Shown: positions 25,119-34,309, counted from the first letter of the stretch. The stretch is DNA of 50,315 nt from Beijerinckiaceae bacterium (GCA_051652685.1 JBOFUS010000149.1:1-50315), one strand, 5' to 3'. Program-made: numbers and translations. The notes: generated by a model from the sequence alone, not told the origin.

Positions 25119-25237
25119 GTTGTACGTGCTTCGAGACGGCGCGTTCCTCGCCTCCTCAGCATGAGGAATGTTGGCGAATTCTATCCCCAACGGCCCTCAT
25201 GCCGAGGAGCGCCAGAGGCGCGTCTCGAAGCACGCAC
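25119..25237. repeat. ~120-bp palindromic intergenic repeat, copy C
   Basis: gttgtacgtgcttcgagacggcgcgttcctcgcctcctcagcatgagg ... cctcatgccgaggagcgccagaggcgcgtctcgaagcacgcac. It lies between the binding-protein and first permease genes of the operon. Confidence 0.8.
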
Positions 25238-25245
25238 CCGACGGC

Positions 25246-26862
25246 TCAGGCCTTCGCCAGCTGGCGATAATCGAGCTGCCGGTGGAACCAGTAGCGATAA
25301 CCGGTGATGCCCTTCTGCATCGCGACGTTGAGCAGCGGCTGGTAGAGCGGGATGCGCGGCACCTCGTCGAAGGAGAGATCGACGAAGCCCTTCACCGCCG
25401 CTTCATAGGCGGCCTTGTCGGCGTTGGCGCCTGCCGTGCGGGCCGCGTCGATGAAGCCGTCCATCTTCGCGTTCTGGTATGCCATCGTGTTGAACACGGC
25501 GTTCTGGCCGTGATAGGCCCAGAAGAAGAAGTATTCCGGATAGTTCAGCCAGCCGCCGAAGGTGTTGGTGATCATCGGCATGTTCTTCTTGAGTAGCTCG
25601 TTGCGCCAGTTCGCGCCCGGCACCTTGTTGATGGTGAGGCGGATGCCGATCTGGGCGAGGCTTTCCTGCACGAGGATCGCCAGAGGCTCGTTGACGCTGG
25701 CAAGACCCAGATCGAAGGACAGTGTCGTCTCGAAGCCGTTGGGCACGCCGGCTTCCGCCATCAGCGCCTTGGCCTTGGCGATATCTGTTGTGTAGCCGTG
25801 CTTCTGCGGCCACTCGAAGCCGGTGGTCACGTTGTCGGCGTCGCCGAACATCGGGTTGGCCTGGCCAAAGAGCACCGCCTCCATGATCTTCTGGTAGGGG
25901 ATGGCGAAGGCCACCGCCTGCCGCACCTTTGGATTGGTGAAGGGGCCTTCCTTGGCGTTCATGCCGATGTACTGGAGCGCGTTCTCGACCGGCGTGCCGA
26001 TGACGGTCAGCGCGCGGGCCGCCTTCAGCTCCTGGAAGTCCTTGTTGGGCAGATCGAAGGAGATGTCGGCATCGCCCCGCTCCAGCAGCGCCCGGCGGTT
26101 GCCTGCGGAGGGTATCGTGCGCCAGATGACGCGGCGGAGCTTGGGCATCGGCCCGCCCTTCCAGTCGTCGAAACGCTCGTAGACGACTTCCGTGCCCGGC
26201 TGCCAGCGGGTCACCTTGTAGGCCCCGCCGCCCGCGCCATTGGCCTTGGTGAACTCCATGGCCCAGGGATCCTGCGCCGTGACGTTCTTCTTGCAGAGTT
26301 CCGCATTGTAGATCGCCGGCACAGGCACGGCGAGATCGGGGATGGTCATATGGTCCTTGCGCAGCAGGTCGATGCGGAACGTGTTGTCATCGACGACGAC
26401 GAACTGCTCCGGCTTCTCCAGGCTGCCGGCCTTCATCTGGAAGGTCGGGAAGCCGCCGACGGTGACCGCGCGGTCAAAGGACCACTTCACGTCCTTCGCC
26501 GTCACCGGCGCGCCGTCGTGGAACTTCGCGCCGCGCTTGAGTTTGAAGGTGATGCTGTTCGCGCCGACGTTCATGTCCTCGGCGAGTTCCGCCTCGATCT
26601 TCGTGTAGTCGTAGTGATCGTTGCCGTTCGCGTCCTTCTTGACGCCATAGGTCATCAGCCGGTCGTAGCTGTTCCACGACACCTCGTAGGCCGGTCGGTT
26701 GGCACCGACGCCGTGGATGTCCTGGCTGTTGGGCGCGTTCTCCGAGATCGCGAGCAGGGTCTCGTTGCGCGCCTGGGCGGCGGCATCGCGCGACCAAACG
26801 GCGGGGGCTGTGACGCCGGCAGCGGCAGCAGCGGTGGACTTCAGGAATTCGCGACGGCGCAT
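25246..26862 (-). CDS. Family-5 (peptide/nickel-type) ABC substrate-binding protein with Tat signal
   Basis: ATG at 26862 preceded by AGGAGG. MRRREFLKSTAAAAAGVTAPAVWS, 538 aa. Confidence 0.9.
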   Translation of the reverse strand: MRRREFLKSTAAAAAGVTAPAVWSRDAAAQARNETLLAISENAPNSQDIHGVGANRPAYEVSWNSYDRLMTYGVKKDANGNDHYDYTKIEAELAEDMNVGANSITFKLKRGAKFHDGAPVTAKDVKWSFDRAVTVGGFPTFQMKAGSLEKPEQFVVVDDNTFRIDLLRKDHMTIPDLAVPVPAIYNAELCKKNVTAQDPWAMEFTKANGAGGGAYKVTRWQPGTEVVYERFDDWKGGPMPKLRRVIWRTIPSAGNRRALLERGDADISFDLPNKDFQELKAARALTVIGTPVENALQYIGMNAKEGPFTNPKVRQAVAFAIPYQKIMEAVLFGQANPMFGDADNVTTGFEWPQKHGYTTDIAKAKALMAEAGVPNGFETTLSFDLGLASVNEPLAILVQESLAQIGIRLTINKVPGANWRNELLKKNMPMITNTFGGWLNYPEYFFFWAYHGQNAVFNTMAYQNAKMDGFIDAARTAGANADKAAYEAAVKGFVDLSFDEVPRIPLYQPLLNVAMQKGITGYRYWFHRQLDYRQLAKA

Positions 26863-26899
26863 GGTTAGCCCTCCTGGTGATTGATCTGCCGGAATTGAA

Positions 26900-26915
26900 A
26901 GCGAGGACCATGCCA
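26900..26915 (-). promoter_or_regulatory. sigma54 (-24/-12) promoter motif upstream of the Dpp-like operon
   Basis: Minus strand reads TGGCAT-GGTCC-TCGCT (the -12 element is TCGC rather than TTGC), 38 nt upstream of ATG 26862. Confidence 0.5.
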
Positions 26916-27005
26916 AGCGGGCTGTTGCAGCCGCAATCGACCCAAATGCAGATATGGGCATCAGAATTGCATACAAACCTGTCGAATATGCCTAATAATA
27001 AGGCG

Positions 27006-27034
27006 TTGATTGCCTCTCGCATGCACAGTATCCG
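27006..27034 (+). promoter_or_regulatory. sigma70-like promoter for the GntR gene
   Basis: TTGATT-N17-TATCCG ends 6 nt before ATG 27041. There is no Shine-Dalgarno, so the mRNA may be leaderless. Confidence 0.35.
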
Positions 27035-27040
27035 CTGCCC

Positions 27041-27673
27041 ATGACGCAGGCCGAACGCATCCGCTCCGAACTGGCGCGCGAGATCCTCAGCGGCGACCGG
27101 CAGCCCGGTTCTGCACTGGACGAGCACGGTCTGGCGGCCCGTTTCGGCGTGTCGCGCACGCCCATCCGCGAGGCGCTGCGGCTGCTGGCTGCCGGCGGAT
27201 TGATCCACCATCGGCCGCGCCAGGGGGCCGAGGTCGCGGCCCTGTCGGACGTGAAGCTCGGCGAACTCTTTCAGGTGATGGCAGAGCTGGAGGCGCTTTG
27301 CGCGGGCTATGCAGCCGAGCAGATGACGCCGGCGGAGCGTGACGCGCTGGCCCGCGCCCATGCCGCGATGGCAACGCTGGTGCGCGCTGGCGACATGGAG
27401 ACCTACACCACCGCCAATGACGCGTTCCACAACCAAATCTACGCCGGCGCGAAGAACAGCTTCCTTGCCGACCTGACGAAGGAAACGCGGCTCAGGCTAC
27501 AGCCTTTCCGCCGCGCGCAGTTCCGCTCGCTCGGCCGCCTGGCGGCGTCGCATGCCGAGCACGAGGGCATCGTCCAGGCTGCACTCAAAGGCGACCGCGC
27601 GGGAGCGCAGACAGCGATGCTTCGCCACATCTTCGGCGTGCGTGACGCCTTCAGCGCATTGCCGCGCGGCTAG
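27041..27673 (+). CDS. GntR-family transcriptional regulator (FadR/FCD subfamily)
   Basis: 210 aa. N-terminal winged-helix (LAARFGVSRTPIREALRLLAAGGLI) and all-helical FCD-type C-domain. Divergent from the Dpp-like operon. Confidence 0.9.
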   Translation: MTQAERIRSELAREILSGDRQPGSALDEHGLAARFGVSRTPIREALRLLAAGGLIHHRPRQGAEVAALSDVKLGELFQVMAELEALCAGYAAEQMTPAERDALARAHAAMATLVRAGDMETYTTANDAFHNQIYAGAKNSFLADLTKETRLRLQPFRRAQFRSLGRLAASHAEHEGIVQAALKGDRAGAQTAMLRHIFGVRDAFSALPRG

Positions 27674-27847
27674 CAGGCTGTTGAAAAACAAATCCGTTCC
27701 CGTCATTGCGAGCAAAGCGAAGCAATCCAGACGACGTTTCCAGCAAAAAACCATGCGCTTCCGCAGGTTTAAGCGTGGTTTCTGGATTGCTTCGTCGCTT
27801 CGCTCCTCGCAATGACGATCAGCCTGGAGTTTTTCAACAGCCTGCTA
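27671..27847. repeat. 177-bp nested inverted-repeat element (MITE/REP-like) spanning stop codon to stop codon of two convergent genes
   Basis: Outer arms tagcaggctgttgaaaaac (27671-27689) and gtttttcaacagcctgcta (27829-27847). Inner arms cgtcattgcgagcaaagcgaagcaatccaga and tctggattgcttcgtcgcttcgctcctcgcaatgacg. The core cattgcgag..aagcaatcc is a widespread alphaproteobacterial repeat, from memory. Confidence 0.75.
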
Positions 27848-28780
27848 GGCGAAAAGCGACTTCGGAAGCATGCCATGCACGCCCTTGGACGTGTTCACGG
27901 TCTGCGTCACATGGAAATCCACGCCGACGGAGCAAAGCGTATAGGCGTCGATGGGCGCGATGTTACGGGTCTCGACGATGTAGTCGATCATCTCCTTCAG
28001 CGCGATCTCCATGGCGCGGTCTAGGCTGGCGTCGAAACCCATGGTGATGATGTGGGTCGCCGTCTCGGCGCGCGGCTGGACGAGCTTCATGTCCTTGCGG
28101 ACGATGAGTTCAAATGTTCCCTGCAGAGCCGTTTCGATGGCCGTGAGGCAGACCTCGCCGTCGCCCTGTGCGCCATGCCCGTCGCCGCAGGAGAAGTTGG
28201 CACCGGCCACATGCACCGGCAGATAAAGCGTCGTGCCCGCCACCAGCTGCTTGTTGTCGATGTTGCCGCCGAAAGCACGCGGGATGACCGAGGTGCAGCG
28301 CCCCCAGGATCTGGGCGGCGAGACACCCATGATGCCGAAGAATGGCTTCAACGGGATGTCGACGCCAAACGGCAGGCGGCCCAGCATCTTCTCGTGATCC
28401 AGCGGAATGTTGAGGATGCGCCCCTCCGGAAACGCATCCGGCAGCGTGCCGCCCAGCGGACGGATGAAGTTGAAGCCCCAGTCCTGCCTGAGCTTCACGT
28501 CAAGGATGCGCACTTCCAGCACATCGCCGGGCTCTGCCCCTTCCACCGCAACAGGCCCGGTGAGGATATGCGGCGCGCCGGCGAAGCGCTCGCAATGCTT
28601 GTGGACGTCAAACAGCTCCGGCGGCGTATGAAACGGCGCGGGCGGCACCATTTCGGGCGCTCCCGTCAATGTGTCGATCATCACCGTGTCACCGCTCCGG
28701 ATGGTCAGGCGCGGACCGCGCGCTGCCTCGAAATATCCCCAATGGCAATTGGCGGCGCTGGCGTCGAGGTAGTGATGCAT
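27845..28780 (-). CDS. Acetamidase/formamidase-family amidohydrolase (FmdA/AmdA)
   Basis: 311 aa. MHHYLDASAANCHWGYF..., HILTGPVAVEGAEPGDVLEV, GGNIDNKQL and SCGDGHGAQGDGEV are typical of the family. Confidence 0.85.
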   Translation of the reverse strand: MHHYLDASAANCHWGYFEAARGPRLTIRSGDTVMIDTLTGAPEMVPPAPFHTPPELFDVHKHCERFAGAPHILTGPVAVEGAEPGDVLEVRILDVKLRQDWGFNFIRPLGGTLPDAFPEGRILNIPLDHEKMLGRLPFGVDIPLKPFFGIMGVSPPRSWGRCTSVIPRAFGGNIDNKQLVAGTTLYLPVHVAGANFSCGDGHGAQGDGEVCLTAIETALQGTFELIVRKDMKLVQPRAETATHIITMGFDASLDRAMEIALKEMIDYIVETRNIAPIDAYTLCSVGVDFHVTQTVNTSKGVHGMLPKSLFA

Positions 28781-28839
28781 CGGTGGGGCCTTTCGGAGAT
28801 GCCTGTTCTTGCTGTGACAATCAGCTTGCTTCAGAAAAT

Positions 28840-28855
28840 AGCAAGGATCGCGCCA
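28840..28855 (-). promoter_or_regulatory. sigma54 (-24/-12) promoter motif upstream of the acetamidase gene
   Basis: Minus strand reads TGGCGC-GATCC-TTGCT, 60 nt upstream of ATG 28780. Confidence 0.5.
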
Positions 28856-29114
28856 TGGTGTCGCCGTCCCTGTTTGACCGCATGCCGCAAGGCTCCAGAC
28901 ACCCGATCACGCAGACGCGCGATTTGCGGAGTGCCGCCGATAACGTTGAGATCAACTACCCGCAGATTTCGACATTTCCCAAAGCGGTTCAAGCCAGCGG
29001 GAACAGGGTGATGCAGCGTTGGCCCGACCGGAAATCCCTGCGCCGGCTTTACAGCTAGCCTTGGCGCGGCCGTCGTGCATAAATTGCAGATCAAGCAGGC
29101 AGGGAGGGGATGTC

Positions 29115-30683
29115 ATGGCATTTTGGCGGATGGGTGCGGCGGCGGCCGCGATACTGGGAGTGCTCGCGGTCGGCGCGGAGGCTCGGACGCTGAAATGGTC
29201 GTCGCAGGGCGATATCGCGACCATGGACCCCTACGCGCATACGGAGAGCTTCACCTCCAACATGCATCACCACATCTATGATCCGCTGGTCCGGCGCGGC
29301 CGCGATCTGCAGATCCAGTCGGGGCTGGCGACGGCATGGCGCATCGTGGAGCCGAATCGCTGGCGCTTCACGCTCAGGCCGGGCGTGAAGTTCCACAACG
29401 GCAATGCCTTCACCGCCGATGACGTGGTGGCCTCCGTCACCCGCCTGCTGCATCCGGACGCGCGGGCGCGCGGCAACCTCTCCAACGTCGAGAAGGCCGA
29501 AAAGGTCGATGATCTCACCGTCGATTTCGTCCTCAAGGGGCCCTATCCGCTGCTGCTGAACGATCTCACCGGCATCTTCATCATGGACAGGGAATGGCTG
29601 GAGGCAAACAACGCCGTCACGCCCGGCAACATGACGCGCAACCTCACCACCTTCGCGTCCACCAACGCCAACGGCACCGGCCCTTTCATGCTGGAGAGCT
29701 ACCGCCCGGATCAGGGCACCAATCTCGTCGTCAATCCGAACTGGTGGGACAAGGCGGAGCACAATCTCACCCGCATCGAGTTCCGGCCGATCCGATCCGA
29801 CGCCACGCGCGTGGCAGCCCTTCTGTCGGGCGAGATCGACATGATGGCACCTGCGCCCTTGCAGGATCTGGCGCGCATCGGCGCTGCTGACGGTTTCAAG
29901 GTGGTCGAGGAGCCGAGCCTGCGCCTGATCTTCCTCGGCTTCAACTACCGCGACGAACTGCATGGCGACCCCGGCAAGCCGAACCCGATGAAGGACAAGC
30001 GCGTGCGCCAGGCGTTCTCGCATGCCGTCGATCTCGCCACGATCCAGTCGCGGATCATGCGCGGCAAGTCGCGCACCGTGGGCACCATGGTTGCGCCGCC
30101 AATCCCCGGCTATGTCGCGGCACTCGATGCGCCGCTCGCCTTCGACGCTGGCAAGGCCCGCGCGCTGCTGGCGGAGGCCGGGTTCCCGAATGGTTTCAAG
30201 ACCAGGCTCGACTGCTCGAACGACCGCTACATCGCCGACGAACAGACCTGCGTGGCCATCGCCGCCATGTGGACGCGCATCGGCGTGCAGGTGGAGCTGA
30301 AGAGCCAGACGCGCTCGTCGTATTTCGCCATGGTCGACAAGGGTGAGGCGGATGTCTACATGCTCGGGTGGGCAACGCTTCCGCCGATGGACGGTTATTC
30401 GGTGCTCTCCGCCCTCATGCACACCAAGGCCGGCGCGATGGGCGGCAACAATCCCAACGGCCTGTCGGACCCAAGGCTTGACCGCATCACCCAGCAGGTC
30501 GCGGTGGAACTGGACGAGCCGAAGCGCCTCAGCCTGATGCAGGAAGCCTTCCGCATCAGCCGGGAAGAGACCTACTTCCTGCCGCTGCATCAGCAGCCTG
30601 TCTCCTGGGCGATGAAGCGCAACATCGAGGTGCCGGTCTTTGCCGATGAATACGTGCGGCTCTGGTATGCGAAGGTGAACTGA
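29115..30683 (+). CDS. Family-5 (peptide/nickel-type) ABC substrate-binding protein
   Basis: ATG at 29115 preceded by GGGAGGGGA. MAFWRMGAAAAAILGVLAVGAEA signal, 522 aa. Confidence 0.9.
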   Translation: MAFWRMGAAAAAILGVLAVGAEARTLKWSSQGDIATMDPYAHTESFTSNMHHHIYDPLVRRGRDLQIQSGLATAWRIVEPNRWRFTLRPGVKFHNGNAFTADDVVASVTRLLHPDARARGNLSNVEKAEKVDDLTVDFVLKGPYPLLLNDLTGIFIMDREWLEANNAVTPGNMTRNLTTFASTNANGTGPFMLESYRPDQGTNLVVNPNWWDKAEHNLTRIEFRPIRSDATRVAALLSGEIDMMAPAPLQDLARIGAADGFKVVEEPSLRLIFLGFNYRDELHGDPGKPNPMKDKRVRQAFSHAVDLATIQSRIMRGKSRTVGTMVAPPIPGYVAALDAPLAFDAGKARALLAEAGFPNGFKTRLDCSNDRYIADEQTCVAIAAMWTRIGVQVELKSQTRSSYFAMVDKGEADVYMLGWATLPPMDGYSVLSALMHTKAGAMGGNNPNGLSDPRLDRITQQVAVELDEPKRLSLMQEAFRISREETYFLPLHQQPVSWAMKRNIEVPVFADEYVRLWYAKVN

Positions 30684-30702
30684 CAGGGCGCGGCGCGCCG
30701 CG

Positions 30703-31668
30703 ATGTTTCGCGTTCTCCTCTCGCGCCTGTCGCAGGCGCTGCTGGTGATGCTGGCCGTCACAGCGGTCGCCTTTGTGATCTTCCGCTTCGTCGGCGATCC
30801 CGTGCGCTCCATGGCGCGCGAGGATTCGACAGTTGCAGAACGGGCGGAGATGCGCGAGGCGCTGGGCCTTGATCGGCCCATCGTCGTGCAATACGCACAG
30901 TTCGTCGGCCGCGCGGCGACGGGCCAGCTTGGCGTCTCCTACCGCAACCAGCGCCCGGTTGCTGGCCTGATCGCGGAGCGGCTGCCGGCGACGCTGGAGC
31001 TGGTGCTGGTGGCGACGATCCTGTCGCTCGGCATCGGCATTCCATTGGGCGTTTATTCTGCGCTGAAGCCGAATGGCCTGCTGACAAGGCTGATCCAGAG
31101 CCTCACGCTCGTCGGCATCTCGACGCCCACCTTTGTCACCGGCATTGTGCTGATCCTGATCTTTGCGGTCACGCTGAAATGGCTGCCGTCCTTCGGCCGC
31201 GGCGACGTGGTGCAGATCGGCTGGTGGTCAACCGGGTTCCTGACCGCCAGCGGCTGGCGCTCGCTGGTGCTGCCCGCCGTGACGCTGTCGCTGTTCCAGC
31301 TGACGCTGATCATGCGTCTGGTGCGCTCCGAAATGCTGGATGTGCTGTCGTCCGACTACATCCGCTATGCCCGTGCACGTGGCCTGCCGGCGGGGCATGT
31401 GCATTTCCGGCTGGCCCTGAGAAATGCGCTGATGCCCGTCATCACGGTGACGGGCCTGCAGATCGGCTCGCTCATCGCCTTCGCCATCGTCACCGAGACG
31501 GTGTTTCAATGGCCGGGCATGGGCCTGCTGTTCATCCAGGCGGTGTCGTTTGTCGATCTGCCGGTGATGTCGGCCTATCTGCTGTTCGTCGGGCTGATCT
31601 TCGTGGCGATCAACATGGCGGTGGACGTGGTCTATGCGCTGGTCGATCCGCGCCTGAGGGCGGCGTGA
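30703..31668 (+). CDS. ABC transporter permease (DppB-like)
   Basis: 321-aa membrane ORF. Its stop shares a base with the next start (TGATG). Confidence 0.9.
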   Translation: MFRVLLSRLSQALLVMLAVTAVAFVIFRFVGDPVRSMAREDSTVAERAEMREALGLDRPIVVQYAQFVGRAATGQLGVSYRNQRPVAGLIAERLPATLELVLVATILSLGIGIPLGVYSALKPNGLLTRLIQSLTLVGISTPTFVTGIVLILIFAVTLKWLPSFGRGDVVQIGWWSTGFLTASGWRSLVLPAVTLSLFQLTLIMRLVRSEMLDVLSSDYIRYARARGLPAGHVHFRLALRNALMPVITVTGLQIGSLIAFAIVTETVFQWPGMGLLFIQAVSFVDLPVMSAYLLFVGLIFVAINMAVDVVYALVDPRLRAA

Positions 31669-32561
31669 TGGCACGGACAGATGGCCACCGCTGGCCTCTC
31701 GCGGCGCTGTTGGGGCTGGGCGTCGCCCTTGCGCTGATCCTCGCGGCGCTGCTGGCCCCGCTGATCTCGCCGGCCAATCCGCTGGATCTCGCGAGCTACA
31801 ACCTGCTGGACAGCGAAATCCCGCCACGCTGGGCAGCGGGCGGCGATCCGCGCTTTCTGCTTGGCACGGACAACCAGGGCCGCGACATGCTCTCGGCCAT
31901 TCTCTATGGTCTGCGCGTCTCGCTCCTGATCGGCATCGGTGCGGTGCTCTGCGCCGCCACGCTCGGCGTATGTCTCGGACTCGCGGCCGGCTATCTTGGC
32001 GGCAGGGTCGATGCCGCGATCATGCGGCTGGGCGACGTGATCCTCTCCTTTCCGACAATCCTGCTGGCGCTGCTGGTCGCCGGGCTTGCCCGCGCGCTGG
32101 TTCCCGATGCGGCCGATCCGCGATACGCGACGCTGATCCTGATCGCCGCCATCGCCATCCATGACTGGGTGCAATATGCCCGCACAGTCCGCGCCGCCGC
32201 CATGGTGGAAAGCGCGCGCGACTATGTGAAGGCTGCGCGCGTCATCGGCTTCTCGCGCCCGCGCATCATGTTCCGGCATATCCTGCCCAATGTGATCAGC
32301 CCCGTGCTGGTGATCGCAACGATCCATCTTGCGGGGGCTGTGCTGACCGAGGCGACGCTGTCGTTTCTCGGCGTCGGCATGCCGCCAACCTATCCGTCGC
32401 TGGGCACGCTCATCCGCATCGGCAACGAGTTTGTCTTCTCCGGCATCTGGTGGATCGCGCTGTTTCCCGCGCTGACCTTGGTGATTCTCGTGCTCGCCGT
32501 GAACCTGCTGGGCGATCATCTGCGCGACCGCTTCAATCCCAAGCTGAGGGCGCGCCAATGA
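31668..32561 (+). CDS. ABC transporter permease (DppC-like)
   Basis: ATG at 31668 (MARTDGHRWPLAALLGLG), 297 aa. The stop overlaps the next start (ATGA). Confidence 0.9.
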   Translation: MARTDGHRWPLAALLGLGVALALILAALLAPLISPANPLDLASYNLLDSEIPPRWAAGGDPRFLLGTDNQGRDMLSAILYGLRVSLLIGIGAVLCAATLGVCLGLAAGYLGGRVDAAIMRLGDVILSFPTILLALLVAGLARALVPDAADPRYATLILIAAIAIHDWVQYARTVRAAAMVESARDYVKAARVIGFSRPRIMFRHILPNVISPVLVIATIHLAGAVLTEATLSFLGVGMPPTYPSLGTLIRIGNEFVFSGIWWIALFPALTLVILVLAVNLLGDHLRDRFNPKLRARQ

Positions 32562-34309
32562 ACGGCGCGCCCATGGGTGATGTGCCCGCCCTCGAAATCC
32601 GCGATCTTCGTGTCGAATATCCGCAGGCGGGTGCAGCGCTCGTGGCGGTCGATGGTGTGTCGCTCACCATTGCGCCCGGCGAAATCCATGCCGTGGTCGG
32701 CGAGTCCGGTGCAGGAAAGACAACGGTGGCCAACGCGCTGATCGGGTTGATCGAGAAGCCCGGCCGGATCACGCAAGGCGAGATCCTGATCGCCGGACGC
32801 CGGCTCGATCCGTTGACAGGCAAGGGCTATGGCCTGGCGCTCGGCCGCGATATCGGCGTGATCTTCCAGGACCCGATGACGAGCCTCAATCCGCTCTTCA
32901 CGATTCAAGCGCAGCTGACCGAAACGATGCGCCATCATCTGGGGTTGAGCGCGGCTGAGGCGCGGCAACGGGCCATCGCGTTGCTCACCGACGTCGGCAT
33001 TCCGGAGCCGGAGCGGCGCCTTTCGGCCTATCCGCACCAGCTCTCGGGCGGCCAGCGGCAGCGCGTGGTCATCGCCTGCGCGCTTTCCTGTGCGCCGAAG
33101 CTGCTGGTCGCCGACGAGCCGACGACGGCGCTCGACGTGTCGATCCAGGCGCAGATCCTCGATCTGATCCGCAGGCTCACCGCCGCGCGCGGCCTCGGCG
33201 TCATGCTGGTGACGCACAACATGGGCGTCGTGGCGGAATGCGCGGACCGCGTCACCGTCATGCAGCGTGGCAGGGCAGTCGAGCAGGGACGCGTCGCAGA
33301 CGTGCTCACCGCACCGGAGCACACCTACACCCGCAACCTCATGGCAGCCGTGCCAAGGCTCGGCGCGCGGCTGGCCCGCTTTGCCGTCGTCGATGACAGC
33401 GAGGGCAGAGCGGCATCAGAGGCGCGCCGCGCGGTGGCCGCGCGTGCGCCCGTCGCCAGCAAGGCAGAGGCAGGGCCGATCCTCGAACTCCGGAACATCA
33501 CGGTCGACTATGTGACGCGCGGCTGGATCCCCGGCCGTGCGGGCCACGCCTTCCGGGCGGTGGAAGATGTCTCGCTTGCAGTCCGGCGCGGCGAGACGCT
33601 CGGCATCGTGGGAGAGAGCGGCTCCGGCAAGAGCACGCTCGCCAACGTCATCGCCGGCCTCGTGAAGCCGACGGCTGGCGAGTTGCTGTTCGAGGGCCGC
33701 ACTGTCACCGGCACGGGCGGGCGGCGGTCCACCCGGCAGGCTTTGCAGATGATCTTCCAGGACCCCTACGCTTCGCTCAACTCGCGCATGCGCGTGGGCA
33801 GCATCCTCGCCGAGCCGGTGCTGTTCTACGATCTCGCCACGAACCGCCAGGAAGCCGATGCGGACGCGAGGCTGCTGCTGGAGGCGGTCGGCCTCGATCC
33901 CGCCCATGCCGGGCGCTTTCCCTTCGCCTTCTCCGGCGGGCAGCGCCAGCGTATTTCGATTGCCCGTGCGCTCGCCGCAAGGCCCCGGCTGCTGATCTGC
34001 GACGAGCCGACCTCCTCGCTCGACGTGTCGGTGCAGGCGCAGATCCTCAACCTGATCAGGGATCTTTCGGCAAGCAACGGCCTGACGGTGCTGCTGATCA
34101 GCCACGATCTCGCGGTGATCCGCCAGATGTGCGACCGCGTTGCCGTCATGAAGCAGGGCAAGGTCGTCGAGCTTGCCGATGCAGAAACGCTTTTTGCCGC
34201 GCCCACCCATCCCTATACCCGCGAACTCATTGACCTTGTGCCCCGCGTCGATCGCATCGGGGCGCGCATTCCTGCCGGAGGACACCCATGGCCGACATCG
34301 ATCTCCTGA
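32558..34309 (+). CDS. Fused double ABC ATPase (DppD-DppF fusion)
   Basis: ATG at 32558, 583 aa. Two Walker A sites (GESGAGKTT, GESGSGKST) and two signature motifs (LSGGQRQRV, FSGGQRQRI). Confidence 0.9.
   Translation: MNGAPMGDVPALEIRDLRVEYPQAGAALVAVDGVSLTIAPGEIHAVVGESGAGKTTVANALIGLIEKPGRITQGEILIAGRRLDPLTGKGYGLALGRDIGVIFQDPMTSLNPLFTIQAQLTETMRHHLGLSAAEARQRAIALLTDVGIPEPERRLSAYPHQLSGGQRQRVVIACALSCAPKLLVADEPTTALDVSIQAQILDLIRRLTAARGLGVMLVTHNMGVVAECADRVTVMQRGRAVEQGRVADVLTAPEHTYTRNLMAAVPRLGARLARFAVVDDSEGRAASEARRAVAARAPVASKAEAGPILELRNITVDYVTRGWIPGRAGHAFRAVEDVSLAVRRGETLGIVGESGSGKSTLANVIAGLVKPTAGELLFEGRTVTGTGGRRSTRQALQMIFQDPYASLNSRMRVGSILAEPVLFYDLATNRQEADADARLLLEAVGLDPAHAGRFPFAFSGGQRQRISIARALAARPRLLICDEPTSSLDVSVQAQILNLIRDLSASNGLTVLLISHDLAVIRQMCDRVAVMKQGKVVELADAETLFAAPTHPYTRELIDLVPRVDRIGARIPAGGHPWPTSIS

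Noticed and set aside
26916-27040. Several TGCA-containing partial palindromes (for example gcata-N13-tatgc, ttgcagccgcaa) as GntR or NtrC operators in the divergent region.
   Set aside because: The arms are short (4-5 bp) and none matches a defined FadR-type or NtrC consensus well enough by eye. Noted only as an AT-rich regulatory region.
28855-29058. 67-codon plus-strand ORF (MVSPSLFDRMPQGSRH...) in the acetamidase / binding-protein divergent region, with an apparent AAGGA ribosome-binding site.
   Set aside because: There is no recognisable family. The apparent ribosome-binding site is the -12 element of the minus-strand sigma54 motif. The region is better explained as a shared regulatory spacer. 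Not excluded, but unsupported.
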